DNA of 64,000 nt, taken from IMG/VR virus record IMGVR_UViG_3300033489_000001, positions 190,023-254,022 of that record. The stretch is one strand, 5' to 3'. Origin of the DNA: a virus. Lineage: Duplodnaviria; Heunggongvirae; Uroviricota; Caudoviricetes. Both the position numbers and the translations under genes were made by a program. Positions 29,969-41,640 of this stretch are shown here, piece after piece. The notes beneath the pieces were generated by a model that was not told where the DNA came from, made no database searches, and saw only the letters and a list, made by a program, of their open reading frames with translations. How positions within the stretch are numbered: the stretch's first letter is position 1; every line of letters begins with the position of its first letter.

Positions 29969-30481
29969 ATGCCCAACTATAAACGTAAAAAATGCTCTAA
30001 GTGTCACAAAACATTTGTGCCTAGCAGTGGCCACTTAAAATGCCCCACCTGTCGTGCTAAAGAACGACCTCGAATAAAATGTATAGATTGTGGAGAGTCA
30101 ATTATATATGACCGCGAACGTTGCCGTAAATGCGCAGATATGAAGCAAAAGGTGGAATCTAACGGAAATTGGAAAGGTGGAAAGACACGTCATAAAGCTG
30201 GCTACGTCTTAGTTCGTGTACCAGAACACCCCAGAGCTACAAAAAACTGCAAGTATGTATTCGAGCACATTCTGGTTATGGAGGAAGAACTCGGACGTTA
30301 CCTTCTCCCTGAAGAGAAAATTCACCATAAGAATGGAATGAAAAGTGATAACCGCACATCAAACTTAGAGGTATGGACAACGGCTCATCCCATTGGGGCC
30401 AGGATAAAAGACTTGGTTGTGTGGGCTAAAGAGCTTCTTGGATTATATGACCCCAAAGCACTACGGGTACATAAAAAATGA
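29969..30481 (+). CDS. HNH homing endonuclease with Zn-finger N-terminus
   Basis: NWKGG, EHILVME, IHHKNGMKSDNRTSNLE; directly after ssrA. Confidence 0.9.
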   Translation: MPNYKRKKCSKCHKTFVPSSGHLKCPTCRAKERPRIKCIDCGESIIYDRERCRKCADMKQKVESNGNWKGGKTRHKAGYVLVRVPEHPRATKNCKYVFEHILVMEEELGRYLLPEEKIHHKNGMKSDNRTSNLEVWTTAHPIGARIKDLVVWAKELLGLYDPKALRVHKK

Positions 30482-30764
30482 ACGTATTAGATGCACTATC
30501 AGAGGTTTCCGGCTTAAGTAAAGCAGAGACGGAAAAAATCTTTGAGACTGTAAAAGCAAACATCAAGCGGCTTAATGAATGCAGTGGGCCGCATGACTTT
30601 GAGAAGGTTGGAGAAGGCTTTAGAGCGATCTACCGTTGTAAGAAATGTGCTGGAGAGATCAGTCAGCGAGATCACGGTTGGTACGCAAAAGGTTTGGATC
30701 ATGGTAAGGCGAGCAAATAGGCGGATGCTGATAAGTGGGCAGGTAACACCTGCTAATGGCCTAT

Positions 30765-30843
30765 CCATCCGTAGCTCAATTGGTTAGAGTCCCCGTCTCA
30801 TAAACGGGATGAGATCCCGGTTCAAGTCCGGGCGGGTGGACCA
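30765..30843 (+). tRNA. tRNA(CAT), elongator Met or Ile2
   Basis: Loop CTCATAA; CCA. Confidence 0.88.
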
Positions 30844-30925
30844 AAGGTGAAAAGATTATGTTGAAACTAATTGAAAAAATGCTCGGAGGGATCACGCAGG
30901 GTGAGCCTGCTATAAATGATCTCTT

Positions 30926-30997
30926 GCGGGCATGGTCTAACGGTATGACGTGGGTTTTCCAAACCTAAGATGAAAGTTCAATTCTTTTTGCCCACAC
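30926..30997 (+). tRNA. tRNA-Gly(TCC), degenerate acceptor stem
   Basis: Loop TTTCCAA; top of acceptor mispaired. Confidence 0.7.
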
Positions 30998-31078
30998 TGT
31001 GAGAATAAAGAAATAACCATGGACCGCAAAATCACACATGACGAACACTTTACCAGCGGCTGCTACAGCATTGATCAT

Positions 31079-31151
31079 GCTCCGGTAGCTCCAACGGTAG
31101 AGCGCTTGACTGAAGATCAAGGCGTTGTTGGTTCGATTCCAACCCGGAGCA
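31079..31151 (+). tRNA. tRNA-Phe(GAA)
   Basis: GCTCCGG/CCGGAGC; loop CTGAAGA. Confidence 0.93.
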
Positions 31152-31714
31152 CTCCTAACAATATGGATGCCATATCGAAATTTTTTGAATCCCAAAAGAC
31201 TCACAAAAAGTTAGCAGAGGTACTTGCTGAACATTTTAAGCCTTTTACCAAGTGACGAACAGCAAATCCTGGATGAACTTTATGAGAGTCTCCACTTACG
31301 AGCTAGATAGGCGCACGAGATTATTAGCGGAAACGAAGCTAGCCATGGCGGAACAAGAAGAAAAAGAAATGGCATCCATATATAGCGAACCCCACGTCGT
31401 AAGTGAAGGCGGAACCGCCTGTAGGAGCGCTTACCCTAAGTGCGAGGGATGCCCTTATGTTAGCCGGGGGTGCCTGAAATCCATTACCAAACCAGTAGAA
31501 GGCCGTACCCTCCTTTACGGAGGAACCTTAGAACAAGTAGAGAAACAATTAGCTTGTGATCACGATTGGCATGGGCCAGGTATAGATGAACTTAGCCGGT
31601 ATAATAAGTGCATGAAATGTTTTGCTCTAGAGCGTGATATGGATCAAGAAAAATATTATAGGGAGATTGGGCTCATTACCGAGCCGGTGAAAGACCGGCA
31701 AAAACGTAGGTAAT

Positions 31715-31788
31715 GGGATCATAGCTCAGCCCGGTAGAGCAAACGGTCGATAACCGTTAGGTCGTTGGTTCAAATCCAACTGGTCCTA
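31715..31788 (+). tRNA. tRNA-Ile(GAT), C33
   Basis: AACGG-TCGATAA-CCGTT. Confidence 0.92.
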
Positions 31789-32883
31789 CAAATGAAGATC
31801 GAACCAATCCCACAAGTTCAAAAAACAAGACATTGTCCCAGGTGTGGTATTGAAGTTACGCCTAGAACCGAGTCTTGTCCTTCATGTAAAAAGGTCCTAT
31901 TCGCTAGAAAATATTCAGTGCAGGCTAAAGCTTTCGGATACCTCTTTGGAGCCCTAATAACGCTTGCTAGCGTGGAAAGGTTTGTAAGAGGATTCAACGA
32001 TCTGAATGAGATGGCAGTGGCGGCCGTAGTGGTTGTTTCGTTTATTGGACTATCAAGTGCCAGGTTTGTACAACTTCTGATGCCACAAGATTTAGCCGTT
32101 TGGAAGCCGGTTCAGCATTCAATAAGGCCAATTCAACATTTGATAAAAAGATGTTAGGGTAAATGCCCCCTCTACCTAAAATGACTTTAAAACCAGGTTG
32201 CACAGTTCATTTCCAAGGTTGGGGTAACTACTATACTAATCTTAAAACACTCTTACATGAAGCTAAAGAAGGTTATGTGGAACTCAAAGGAGAAGGTGAA
32301 CTATTTTGTGTAGATAACCCTCAAGAGCGTCTTATTGGATTTCAACTATACATCGCTAATAAGGTTGTTTGGAAGACGTGGGATTTTATGATTGGTATAG
32401 ATGACTTCAAAGCTTGTGTAAAGAAAGATCCACGTCTTGCGTATCTTGATACTACCAAAGGACGCCTAGAGTGGGCAGCTAAAATTGAAAATATGTTCCA
32501 ACTGGGCCTACCGAAAAGATCTTGAACATCTATTCCTTTCGGTGTAATAATAAGTACCATGAAACAAATTTTAATCTTAGCCTTTGGTTGTGCTCTTCTG
32601 TTCGGTTGCACTGAGCAACAGCGAGCGAAACAATTTGGCGGCTCTACTTCCACTGCCCTGCCTTGTGACCGTAAGCTAGAAATGATTACCTGGAAGGATT
32701 CTGACTTGTGGCTCCTTACAAGGCAGATGCGAGCGGGTGAAGAATCGGAAACGCATTCCTTTGTTGAAAGTTCAAACTTGGGCTTTGCAGAAGGAAAAAT
32801 CACAGTCACGGAATCTCGGTGCAGGTAAAAATCAATGTTGAAGGCTAAGTACAGATTGAGGCGAAGATCCCTAAATAGGTTTT

Positions 32884-32959
32884 GGGGGTGTAGCCTAGAG
32901 GATTAGGCACCGGTTTCCTAAACCGGCTTTTTACGTAGGTTCGAATCCTATCACCCCCG
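32884..32959 (+). tRNA. tRNA-Arg(CCT)
   Basis: Loop TTCCTAA. Confidence 0.92.
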
Positions 32960-32963
32960 CTAC

Positions 32964-33039
32964 GGGAGTGTAGCTCAACGGATTAGAGCGCCCGGCTTCT
33001 ACCCGGAAGATGAGGGTTCGATTCCTTCCATTCCTGCCA
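32964..33039 (+). tRNA. tRNA-Arg(TCT)
   Basis: Loop CTTCTAC; CCA. Confidence 0.92.
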
Positions 33040-33568
33040 AGAGAAGGTTTGGTGATGCATAATCAAGATATTGAGAAGCTAGTGCGGCAATTAGATGAAG
33101 ATGGGCGTATCGTTTTATCCGAAGGTACAGGGCTTGGAGTAAGAAAAGAAAGACGTTACGGCTCGGTTTCCGATATGGATTACTTCCTCTTTAAGGGATG
33201 GGGTGAAGAAGGTAATCTTGAAGTAGCTTCTTCCTTAGAAGCCGTGAAAAAAGCTTGTTCCATCATGCAAGCGGAATCCACACTGATGGAATTGATAGAT
33301 CTCGGATTACACAGTTCCCCTCGCACTATTTTTTGAAATTTCCCCTTGCATCCATCAAAAGAGTTTGTCATAATCTCTAACGAGGAAACGATGTTTACTC
33401 TAAGCCTAGAAGGATTGAGCCGTTTAGAAGGCTCTTTTTCTGCCTACGATCGGCGTATGGGGATGCTGGTCAGTAAGAGTAAGCGAAGCTCCAGTCTAAA
33501 ACCGGGCTCTGGAATAAATACCACCGGGTCGGCTAACTAAGCTGACCCATACAGTGTTGGTAGATTAT

Positions 33569-33641
33569 TCCGGAGTGGCTCAATTGGTAGGGCACCTAGC
33601 TGTTAACTAGGTTTATGTTGGTTCGAGTCCAACCTCCGGAG
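33569..33641 (+). tRNA. tRNA-Asn(GTT)
   Basis: TCCGGAG/CTCCGGA; loop CTGTTAA. Confidence 0.93.
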
Positions 33642-33688
33642 CTTTATGATGCTTAGACGGATAAAACGCAACGGCTTTTCTCAGATGA

Positions 33689-33761
33689 GGGTCGTTAGCT
33701 TAGTTGGTAGAGCAGCGGGCTTTTAACCCGACGATCACAGGTTCGATCCCTGTACGACCCA
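33689..33761 (+). tRNA. tRNA-Lys(TTT)
   Basis: Loop CTTTTAA. Confidence 0.93.
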
Positions 33762-33776
33762 CCCTCGCACAATATT

Positions 33777-34445
33777 ATGATGAAACGTTGTACAGGTTGT
33801 AAACGTGAAAAATCGACTAAAGAATTTAATGCTAATAGAAGCCGTAAAGATGGTTTATCAAACCGATGTAAAACTTGCAACAAAACATATGCAAAAGCAT
33901 ATCAAGCCGCTAAAGTAACACGTACTGGCAGAATGTGTAGAATATGTAGACGATCTAAACCATTAGATGACTTTTCGTTAGTTAGAAAAGGGATTAGACG
34001 GCGGGTATGTAAGGAATGTGTATATGAAAGAAAGCGTAAAACACGAAATACTTGGGGCATCAAGAACCGAGAGCGCCTTAACTTACAACAGCGAATGAAC
34101 CGCAAAAATCCCGAATTAACACCTAGATTTGTGTTGGTGGATTCAAGGAGAAGCGATAAACGAAAGAAACTAGAGAATGATCTTACCTTAGATTTTGTAA
34201 CTACTATTTTGAAAAAGGCTTGTAGTTATTGTGGTGAAACAGGAATTAGAATGACTCTGGATCGGATAGACAACAGCAAAGGCCACACTCAAGATAATGT
34301 TCAAGCTGCCTGCATAAGGTGTAATTATCTTCGAAGGGACATGCCTTACGAAGCATGGTTAGTTGTGGCAAAAGGTGTAAAAAAAGCTAGGAAGCTGAAA
34401 TTGTTTGGGTTATGGTTAGGGAAAATAACAAGTAGAAAACATTGA
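33777..34445 (+). CDS. HNH endonuclease with tandem Zn fingers
   Basis: CTGCKREK..F...DG....CKTC; CSYCG..TLDRIDNSKGHTQDNVQAACIRCN. Confidence 0.88.
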   Translation: MMKRCTGCKREKSTKEFNANRSRKDGLSNRCKTCNKTYAKAYQAAKVTRTGRMCRICRRSKPLDDFSLVRKGIRRRVCKECVYERKRKTRNTWGIKNRERLNLQQRMNRKNPELTPRFVLVDSRRSDKRKKLENDLTLDFVTTILKKACSYCGETGIRMTLDRIDNSKGHTQDNVQAACIRCNYLRRDMPYEAWLVVAKGVKKARKLKLFGLWLGKITSRKH

Positions 34446-34535
34446 TCACTTTTTCAAAGTAGAAATCCTTCAAGATGCTAATCCAACTAAATAGACCTAA
34501 GTTCAAGCGCACGGAGAGGTGCGCTTACAGGATTT

Positions 34536-34608
34536 GGGTCTGTAGCTCAGTTGGTAGAGCATCCGGCTCTTACCCGGAACGTCGCGAGTTCAATCCCCGC
34601 CGGACCCA
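34536..34608 (+). tRNA. tRNA-Lys(CTT)
   Basis: Loop CTCTTAC. Confidence 0.92.
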
Positions 34609-35130
34609 CTAGAAAAGGCCAATACATATGATTATCATTGTGAATGGCGTTGAGATAAGATTTCGCACATTAAGGATGCTATCTTTTGATGAGGTTGTGA
34701 GGTTAGCTGGAAAGCCCGTAGGCCCGCTCTATACCGTGACCTATAAGAAAGCGGGAGGGCAAAAAACGGAAGGTTCAATGCGGGTGGGGGATGTAGTAAA
34801 GATCAAGGACGGCACCATTTTTTAATGTTGCCCTCACTTGAGCTGTATTGATTCCGGGGGTATTTTATCAGTTTGACTTTCATTCTTCTTGAGCAATATC
34901 CCCTATTGATGCCTTATCTTCTTAATGAATGAGGTTCATCAATTAAAGTAAGCCCGCCTTCTTTAATGAGCGGGACGCAACGTAAGCGGTGATCTAACTA
35001 CCAGGATGGATTCTTAAATCCAAAAGATACTCTGGAAAGCCTATACCGTCTTCGAGGCTTTTAGACGATTAGGGTTTTCTTCTGATGATATTTATTTGCA
35101 CACGGAAGCTCTATCTCCACTGTGAAACTT

Positions 35131-35165
35131 GCTAGGTACGGCAAATTTAGTAAGGTTGCTTGATC
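35131..35165 (+). repeat. 35-nt exact direct repeat (second copy 39171-39205)
   Basis: GCTAGGTACGGCAAATTTAGTAAGGTTGCTTGATC. Confidence 0.9.
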
Positions 35166-36684
35166 TGGCATTTAGTCGGTGTAATATAACCGGGATGGAA
35201 ACCAGAGATTTACATCCAGATGAAATTAGTAACAAGAATCTTCTTGAGCATATCAGAGGAGCTGATGGGGGCTTACCTCCCACGTTTGTTGGGATGACTT
35301 TTGTTCGTCATGTTAAAGAAGGAAGAGGATGGGATTCTGAATTTGCATGGGCAATTTATATTAGTCACGATCCCTGTCATGATGATCATCGTAAACGCTC
35401 AGTACTAGGAGATGACCGCAGTACCGTTATTGCCTTTCATCGAAACAAAGGGATTTTCCGCATTATTGGACGGGAGCTGCCTAAAAAGTTAGCTTTGGAG
35501 CTTGCAAGAGGAGACCTGCCAAAGATTGGAGAACAACCTCCTTATACCAACGGCCGTTTGTTATATTTTTGGTTTCTTTATGACTGGGAATCCCGCGACA
35601 AGCAGCTCTTACTAAAGCCTCCTGGGCCTGATTATGTTTATAGACCAAATGAGAAACTTTACCGTTGTGTACTTGGAATTGATCCTCCTTTGGATAAGAC
35701 GATCGATGAGATCTTAGCTTCTGTAGAATTTGAAGAGGCTAAGACAAAAGAGCCCTTAGGCTCTAAGGAATTTTCCGAGTACCTCGCCCATCATCTATTT
35801 AGCGAGGTTCATAAATTTATGCCTCCGGAAACCTTTGGGTATGGGCTTCCTGGGATTCAATCCAGATTCTTTCGAGGTGAATCCGCATTCACATTGAAAT
35901 CAAAGTGGGGTAACTATATAGTTCAAGTCACAAAGATTCTGGACCCATCAAGTTAAAGGATTCCAAGAATTACGAACTAAGAAAGAGGTGGACTCATGTT
36001 ATTACTGACCCCTTGGGCGTGTATTATAGGCGCAATTGCTTTCATCGTTCTTCTCTTTTTGGTCGAGTTAGATCGTTTTGGTTTTGCCACGCTATTGATG
36101 ATTGCAACGATAGTGGCGGCTCAATACTTTCACATAGCCGATATTTTGGGATGGGTAAGTAAGAACTACGCTTGGACACTAGTTTACGTCATTGTTTATC
36201 TGATATTGGGAATAGGTTGGTCGATTGGAAAGTGGGTTTTATTTCTACGAAAGTTCAACCGGAAGCGGCTAGAAGCTGTTTCTGCTGTACAGTCAACCGC
36301 AAAACAAGAAGACCCTCCAACACAATCTGTAAAGGATATTTCCGTCCACTTGAAACATGAGATGTATAAGGGGACTTATTTATCACAGAGACCCAAGGCA
36401 TCGGACTACAAGGGGACAATAATCGCATGGATGATCTGGTGGCCCATATCTATGATTAGCACCTTCTTGAATGATCCCGTCAGAGAACTATTCAACATCG
36501 TCTATGACCAGCTCAGTGGACTTTATCAAACCCTCGCTGACAAGATCGTTTCAGATATTGAGAAGAAGTAAACCTCCCCGGTGAACCTAAAGGCTTGACA
36601 CAACCCTCGATAGGTGTATGATAGGAGATATGTTTTTCGGACGGGCCACAGAAAGCAGTACGCGCTCTGAGAGTAAAATCTTTC

Positions 36685-36774
36685 GGAGAGGCGACGAACA
36701 TTGGTGAGTCGTGGCATTTTGCTAAAATGTTGGGCGTAACTGTCCTGGGGGTTCGATTCCCTTCCTCTCCGCCA
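36685..36774 (+). tRNA. tRNA-Ser(GCT)
   Basis: Loop TTGCTAA; long variable arm; CCA. Confidence 0.92.
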
Positions 36775-37628
36775 TGCTGAAGAGAAAGTACAAAGGGCTG
36801 AGGTGGGCGGCTACCATTGCAGGTATGGCAGCCATAGTGGCCTTTAGTGGGCATCTTTATCCGGTCCTCAATAAGCCTGGCTTTGTTATTGCCGGATGGG
36901 TTATGTTAGGTACAAGCTTTACCCTTGTGCTCTCAGTGAAGCTCCTTGAGTGGAAGGACGCTAGGGATAAAATTAATTGAGGACAAGATGAAAAAGGTCT
37001 GCCTAGATAGAGAAGCTATTCTAAAGAATCAACTTCTAACTCCGAAAATGAAAAAACTTTTAGAATGGGAAAAGGCTTTCGAACGTGCTCTAAAAACATG
37101 GCGACTAGAGCATGTTTTTATTGATCCTCAATATCGGGACGCTTTGCAAAAAGAGTTAGATGTGCTAAAAGGCTAACATGCTGCTCTTCCTTTGGAAAGT
37201 ATATTGGTTTTTTGAAGCCGTTGTTATCTTCCCCTTACGGCGTGCCCGGCGTGGATGGCGTGAACATCACCCCGTTCTTTCCGTTAGATTAGCCACATGG
37301 GCTCATCAACGTCAGCATCACTCGCTGTATCGAGCTATTCAACTTTTCTGGGGAGTTAGAAACAAGTGGCGTTTCGATATTGCCCCTAAGTTCTCAAGTT
37401 GGTGGTTTGAGCTAACCTTACCCTTACGCCCTAAATGCAAAAAACATAACCGCTCCTTACTCTTTTTAGGGGCTTGTTTCATGTGTATTTTTGAAGAAGC
37501 AAGGCGTAAAGAACGGCTGCAAGCGTTGACTAGTAAACGATAAGTATTTCAAGCTACTTAGGGTTAGAAAAAGTGGACTCCTACCAAGCACCTCTAATCC
37601 TAAGTAGCTTGAAAATACTTATAGGATG

Positions 37629-38519
37629 CTAAGTAGCTTTCAATACTTTTCGAGCCTGAAGAGCTGCTGCTATCTTAGCTCTATGTTCTTTTGTTTTAGG
37701 ACGACCTTTTGTAGCAGCACTCAATTTTGCTCGTGTTTCATCTGAAAGAGATTTGCCTATTTTCGAAGCTCTAATCTTTTCCCTAGTTTCTTCTGAAACG
37801 GTAGCCCCAGAGTCTCGCCATTCTTTCCAACGCTTTTTATTGCACGAACTTATGATCGCACGCTGTTTAGCAGATATAGTCTTACCTTTGTGTATTCGAC
37901 TCACGGCCTCTCTAGCTGCGGGATCTATGAATTGACGTAAGGTGGCTTGTCGGAGTTTTTCTTTGGTTTCTGCACTGTGTGGTTTACGTTTTATAGGATT
38001 TAGCCTACGCCGTTTCCAAGCGGCCTTCATTTTAACTTTAGCAGATTCTGGCCTGGGTTTACCCCGACTTAAGATCTGAGCTTTACGTAATGCCTCTAAT
38101 GACTTTTCAGTGGGTCGTGGAGGTTTGTATCCGGGGGTATTACGGCGTCTTTCCCAAGCAGCTTTAATACTCTGACTAGCTTTTTTCTTACTTTCAACAG
38201 TTTTTTCATACCCCAGAATACCCCCACCCCCATCAGTTAAATTTGTCAGGTTGCAACCGAGTGTACGAAAATATTTAATCCAGTAGCATTCCGCTTCATT
38301 CCCATTTAACACTGGAACTTTTTGTATTACTCTGATCTCTGGTTTGATCCCAGCTTGTATCAATTTCTGTAACCAAAAATCTTTATGCGTCTTTTTATGT
38401 TTGCTACAATAAAGATGTTCGTAAAGGCGTTTACTAAGTTTTGCGGAAGTCCATCCGATATATCTGATTTCATCCGAAAAAGGATCTATGAGAGCATATA
38501 CTGTGGCCCATTGATTCAT
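37629..38519 (-). CDS. GIY-YIG homing endonuclease with NUMOD3 repeats
   Basis: VYALIDP..IRYIGWT..RLYEH, E..WI, YNLT-like CNLTDGG; HSAETKEKL-type repeats. Confidence 0.9.
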   Translation of the reverse strand: MNQWATVYALIDPFSDEIRYIGWTSAKLSKRLYEHLYCSKHKKTHKDFWLQKLIQAGIKPEIRVIQKVPVLNGNEAECYWIKYFRTLGCNLTNLTDGGGGILGYEKTVESKKKASQSIKAAWERRRNTPGYKPPRPTEKSLEALRKAQILSRGKPRPESAKVKMKAAWKRRRLNPIKRKPHSAETKEKLRQATLRQFIDPAAREAVSRIHKGKTISAKQRAIISSCNKKRWKEWRDSGATVSEETREKIRASKIGKSLSDETRAKLSAATKGRPKTKEHRAKIAAALQARKVLKAT

Positions 38520-38603
38520 CCTCTATAGAAACCTTATAATATGGTTTGTTACACCACCTTAGATTTATTTTTATCTGATAAAAAATGTAGCTGAGGAAAA
38601 AAT

Positions 38604-39203
38604 ATGGCTATTCTAACTTTACAAGTGCCGGAAGAAACTGCACGAGTTTTACGAGAAATTCCAGTTCCAGGAAACCAAGAAAAAGATGAAGCTCACGTTA
38701 CGATCCTATTCTTCGGAAAAGAACTACCAATTACTCAAATCAGTTCTATGCTTCCAGTGATCTATGAGATTACTTCAAAGACACTTCCCTTTTCTGTGTC
38801 AACCAATCACATTTCAACTTTTCCATCGGGAGCCGATGGTGTCCCAGTTATTGCAAGATTAAACTCCCCATCTTTACATATCTTTAGAGAGACGCTATGT
38901 AAAGCTTTCGATGATGTGGGTCTGTTCTACGATACTAAATTTAAAACATACAAACCGCACTTCACCTTGGCGTATGCCTCCGATCCTAAGACGACCGTAG
39001 GCATTGACATCCCTGAAGTGTCTTGGGGCGCTCACGAAGTAGTTCTTTGGGGGTCCGACCAAGGCACCGGGCGGCTAATCATCAAGTTCCCCCTGAGCTT
39101 ACCTGAGGGGAAGGTTTCAACGCTCAGAATGCCCCAAGAGTCTGTTTTGTACCGATCCTTTGTGAAGCTCGCTAGGTACGGCAAATTTAGTAAGGTTGCT
39201 TGA
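38604..39203 (+). CDS. 2H phosphoesterase / LigT-like 2',3'-cyclic phosphodiesterase
   Basis: Two HxT motifs: AHVTI and PHFTL. Confidence 0.85.
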   Translation: MAILTLQVPEETARVLREIPVPGNQEKDEAHVTILFFGKELPITQISSMLPVIYEITSKTLPFSVSTNHISTFPSGADGVPVIARLNSPSLHIFRETLCKAFDDVGLFYDTKFKTYKPHFTLAYASDPKTTVGIDIPEVSWGAHEVVLWGSDQGTGRLIIKFPLSLPEGKVSTLRMPQESVLYRSFVKLARYGKFSKVA

Positions 39204-39227
39204 TCCGTTGTAGGGGAGGGATGCCCA

Positions 39228-41413
39228 ATGATAGATTGTAAAGATTGCAAACTAGCCTGTGGGATGTGGCCAAAAAATATGCATAAAGGTGAGTTTCATT
39301 TACTTTGGCAATGCGATAGCAAAATAACCGAAGTGGGGGAGAAGTCTTTTACCGTCTGTGATACGACTGATCCAGAAAAACTAAGCGAGATATTAATTGA
39401 AGACATATCTGAGGGGGCCGACCGAAAATTAATCAAACTGGGAGCTTTACTAAGAGAATGTGAAGGTTATCTTGACTCTTTGGGTGGACATCGGGCTCAT
39501 GTGAATGTAAAAGTTTTTATCCGTTAATAGACTGTTTGCTTTTTGGTGTATGCAATTGTATATGCTTATGATCGTATAACAACTCAAACTATCCATGAAT
39601 AACCCAACCAAAGAGGAATTAGAGGAAGCTTTTGCCTTTCTTGAAAGATATCCGATCAAACGAGATCTTAGAAGTTTAACTGAGAATGAGTACAATAGAG
39701 AACAAGCTAGGAAGTTTTTGTCCATATTAACCCCCAACTCTTCGTTAGCAAAAAGAATGCAGAATATAGCAGAAGGAAAAGATGAGTAATCTTCTAGAAA
39801 ATGTGGTGGCTATCACTATCACGCGGCTGGAGGCCGCTGGAGGTGATTGTCATGGCAAACCACAAAAGAGGTCGTCCGAAAAATAGGCGCGCAGGTTGCC
39901 TTATGTGCAAGAGGCACAAAGCAAATGGGGCTAAGGGGAAATTGATAAATCAGACTTGGCAAGAACGTAGAGCTGTTCTTTCTGAAAAAGAACAACGAAA
40001 CGAAATAGAAGCATGGAAGACGGAAAAATAGTTTACGAAAAAATGAGTTACTCCAGTTGTATCGCTTATGGAACAACTCTTCCTAGTCTCTTCTTTGCTG
40101 AAGAGACTATTTACGAAATGGAATACCCAGTTTGGTATCCAAATGGACATATTTACATTGCAAACCGTAAACCTAGATATACCCCTCCTGAAAAATAACA
40201 GTATGCATTAGGGTCACTTTCTCATATGCAAATATTACAGATAGGTAAGTAGAATTGATGCCTATTTTTCTTGTCTTTAAAGTTAAAGAGTTATCTTGTC
40301 CCCCTCCTCCAAATGGCTGGTGGTTAACCATTGCTGGTTTGCTACTGATTATTAGTGGCTTGTGTAATATGTGGCAACTTAGGACTATATTGAAAGAAAA
40401 GGGAAAGACTTTAGATGTTCTAAAACAACTTATGGCTATGAGTAGTGAAAATATAGAGTTAAGCCATGTACATTCTTCTTGTCCTTACCAAAATTGGGTC
40501 GCAAGTAGCTGCAACCTTTATTACAAAAGTAAAGCTGAACAAAAAGAAGTGGACTCAAAACAAACTCAAAATTAACGTAACTGTCTAACCAATAAATTTC
40601 TTTCAGGCCAGGGATAGTTTATCGTAGCCCTGAAAGCATCCCTTATATAAGGCTTCCCATCTGGTCTGCATTTGCTGATATCATTGCAAGTCATTAATTG
40701 TTCTCTAAATACGCCCCTGTAGTAAGATGCCGCAGCCGCTTTCAATCTGGGGTTGGATTCATAATCAGCTTGAATATAGCCTACCAGATACCAATAAGCT
40801 TCAGTAAGGTCTTCTTGACAACTAGCTCCAGTCTTGATTTTGATGTTTAATTCTTCAATTTTTTGAGTTAGTTCAGGATGCTTTGTTGAACTTGGGGTGG
40901 GGTAACCGTGATCGTGAATATTGATTTCTTGTTGAGCTATATTTCTGACTTGAGCACAGACATAGACAGTAGCACTTCCAACAGCTGTAATGATACTTAT
41001 TACAATTGTCCAGATGCCTATGATTTTTTGGATTTGGATTTGATTTGGCACATCAGGTCTTATTTTTTAAGGGCTAACATCAAACCTAAGATAACAACTA
41101 CTGCTATTAGGAAGGGCACCACCAAATATACCCATGTGGCTTTCACAACCACGTAATTACTTCCGGGGGGTAAACTCTTCATTATCTCTGGTTGTTCTGC
41201 TCCCCGTTTTAATTCAATATCTGGAAGAGGCTGATCTTTTGGTAGGGGTAGGTTTCCGGAAAGGAGTAGATCTCTTGAGGAATCTAATTTTATTACCTCT
41301 TCAATTGTTTTGACACGTTGTTCTAACGCACGAAGTTCTGCATCATATTTTTCCGAGTTTTCTTCGTATTTTACTGTCAAGGCAGACTGGTCTTTTATAA
41401 ATTGCAACCGCAC
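39228..41413. other. Small hypothetical CDSs (+: 39228-39527, 39595-39789, 39801-40031, 40013-40198, 40255-40575; -: 40572-41051, 41060-41413)
   Basis: ORF track; several have single transmembrane segments. Confidence 0.55.
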
Positions 41414-41509
41414 ACTAGAGGTAAAGAATAGAAGCTTTTGTTGGAAACATTACAAAAGCATAAAAAACGCTTGACAACCTTCTCCCCTTAGTCTAGTCTG
41501 ATAGACAGT

Positions 41510-41593
41510 ATGTTTCAGCGCCTTTCAGCTTCTCTCCTTCTATCTTTATCATTGCTTTTAACTAAGCTGCGAGCGCTCCCGTCTATCCACTAA
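41510..41593 (+). CDS. Leader peptide 2 MFQRLSASLLLSLSLLLTKLRALPSIH upstream of the Leu/Ser tRNA cluster
   Basis: Follows TTGACA(41471)-N17-TAGTCT; 10 Leu codons (all six types) and 5 Ser codons. Confidence 0.8.
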   Translation: MFQRLSASLLLSLSLLLTKLRALPSIH

Positions 41594-41640
41594 TCTAGTC
41601 CCTAGCGCCCGCAGCAGCCCATAACCAGGGGCTAGCACAA

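Larger units (their letters stand above)
30478..37543 (+). other. Small hypothetical CDSs interspersed with tRNAs (30478-30720, 31252-31713, 31765-32157, 32163-32525, 32559-32828, 33010-33336, 34628-34825, 35129-35956, 35996-36571, 36774-36980, 36946-37176, 37178-37543)
   Basis: Co-directional ORFs; 35996-36571 and 36774-36980 have transmembrane-like segments; 32559 looks lipoprotein-like. Confidence 0.6.

Noticed and set aside
34476-34612. Short ORF upstream of tRNA-Lys(CTT) as another leader peptide
   Set aside because: Only two AAG codons and no clear promoter or RBS; indistinguishable from chance.
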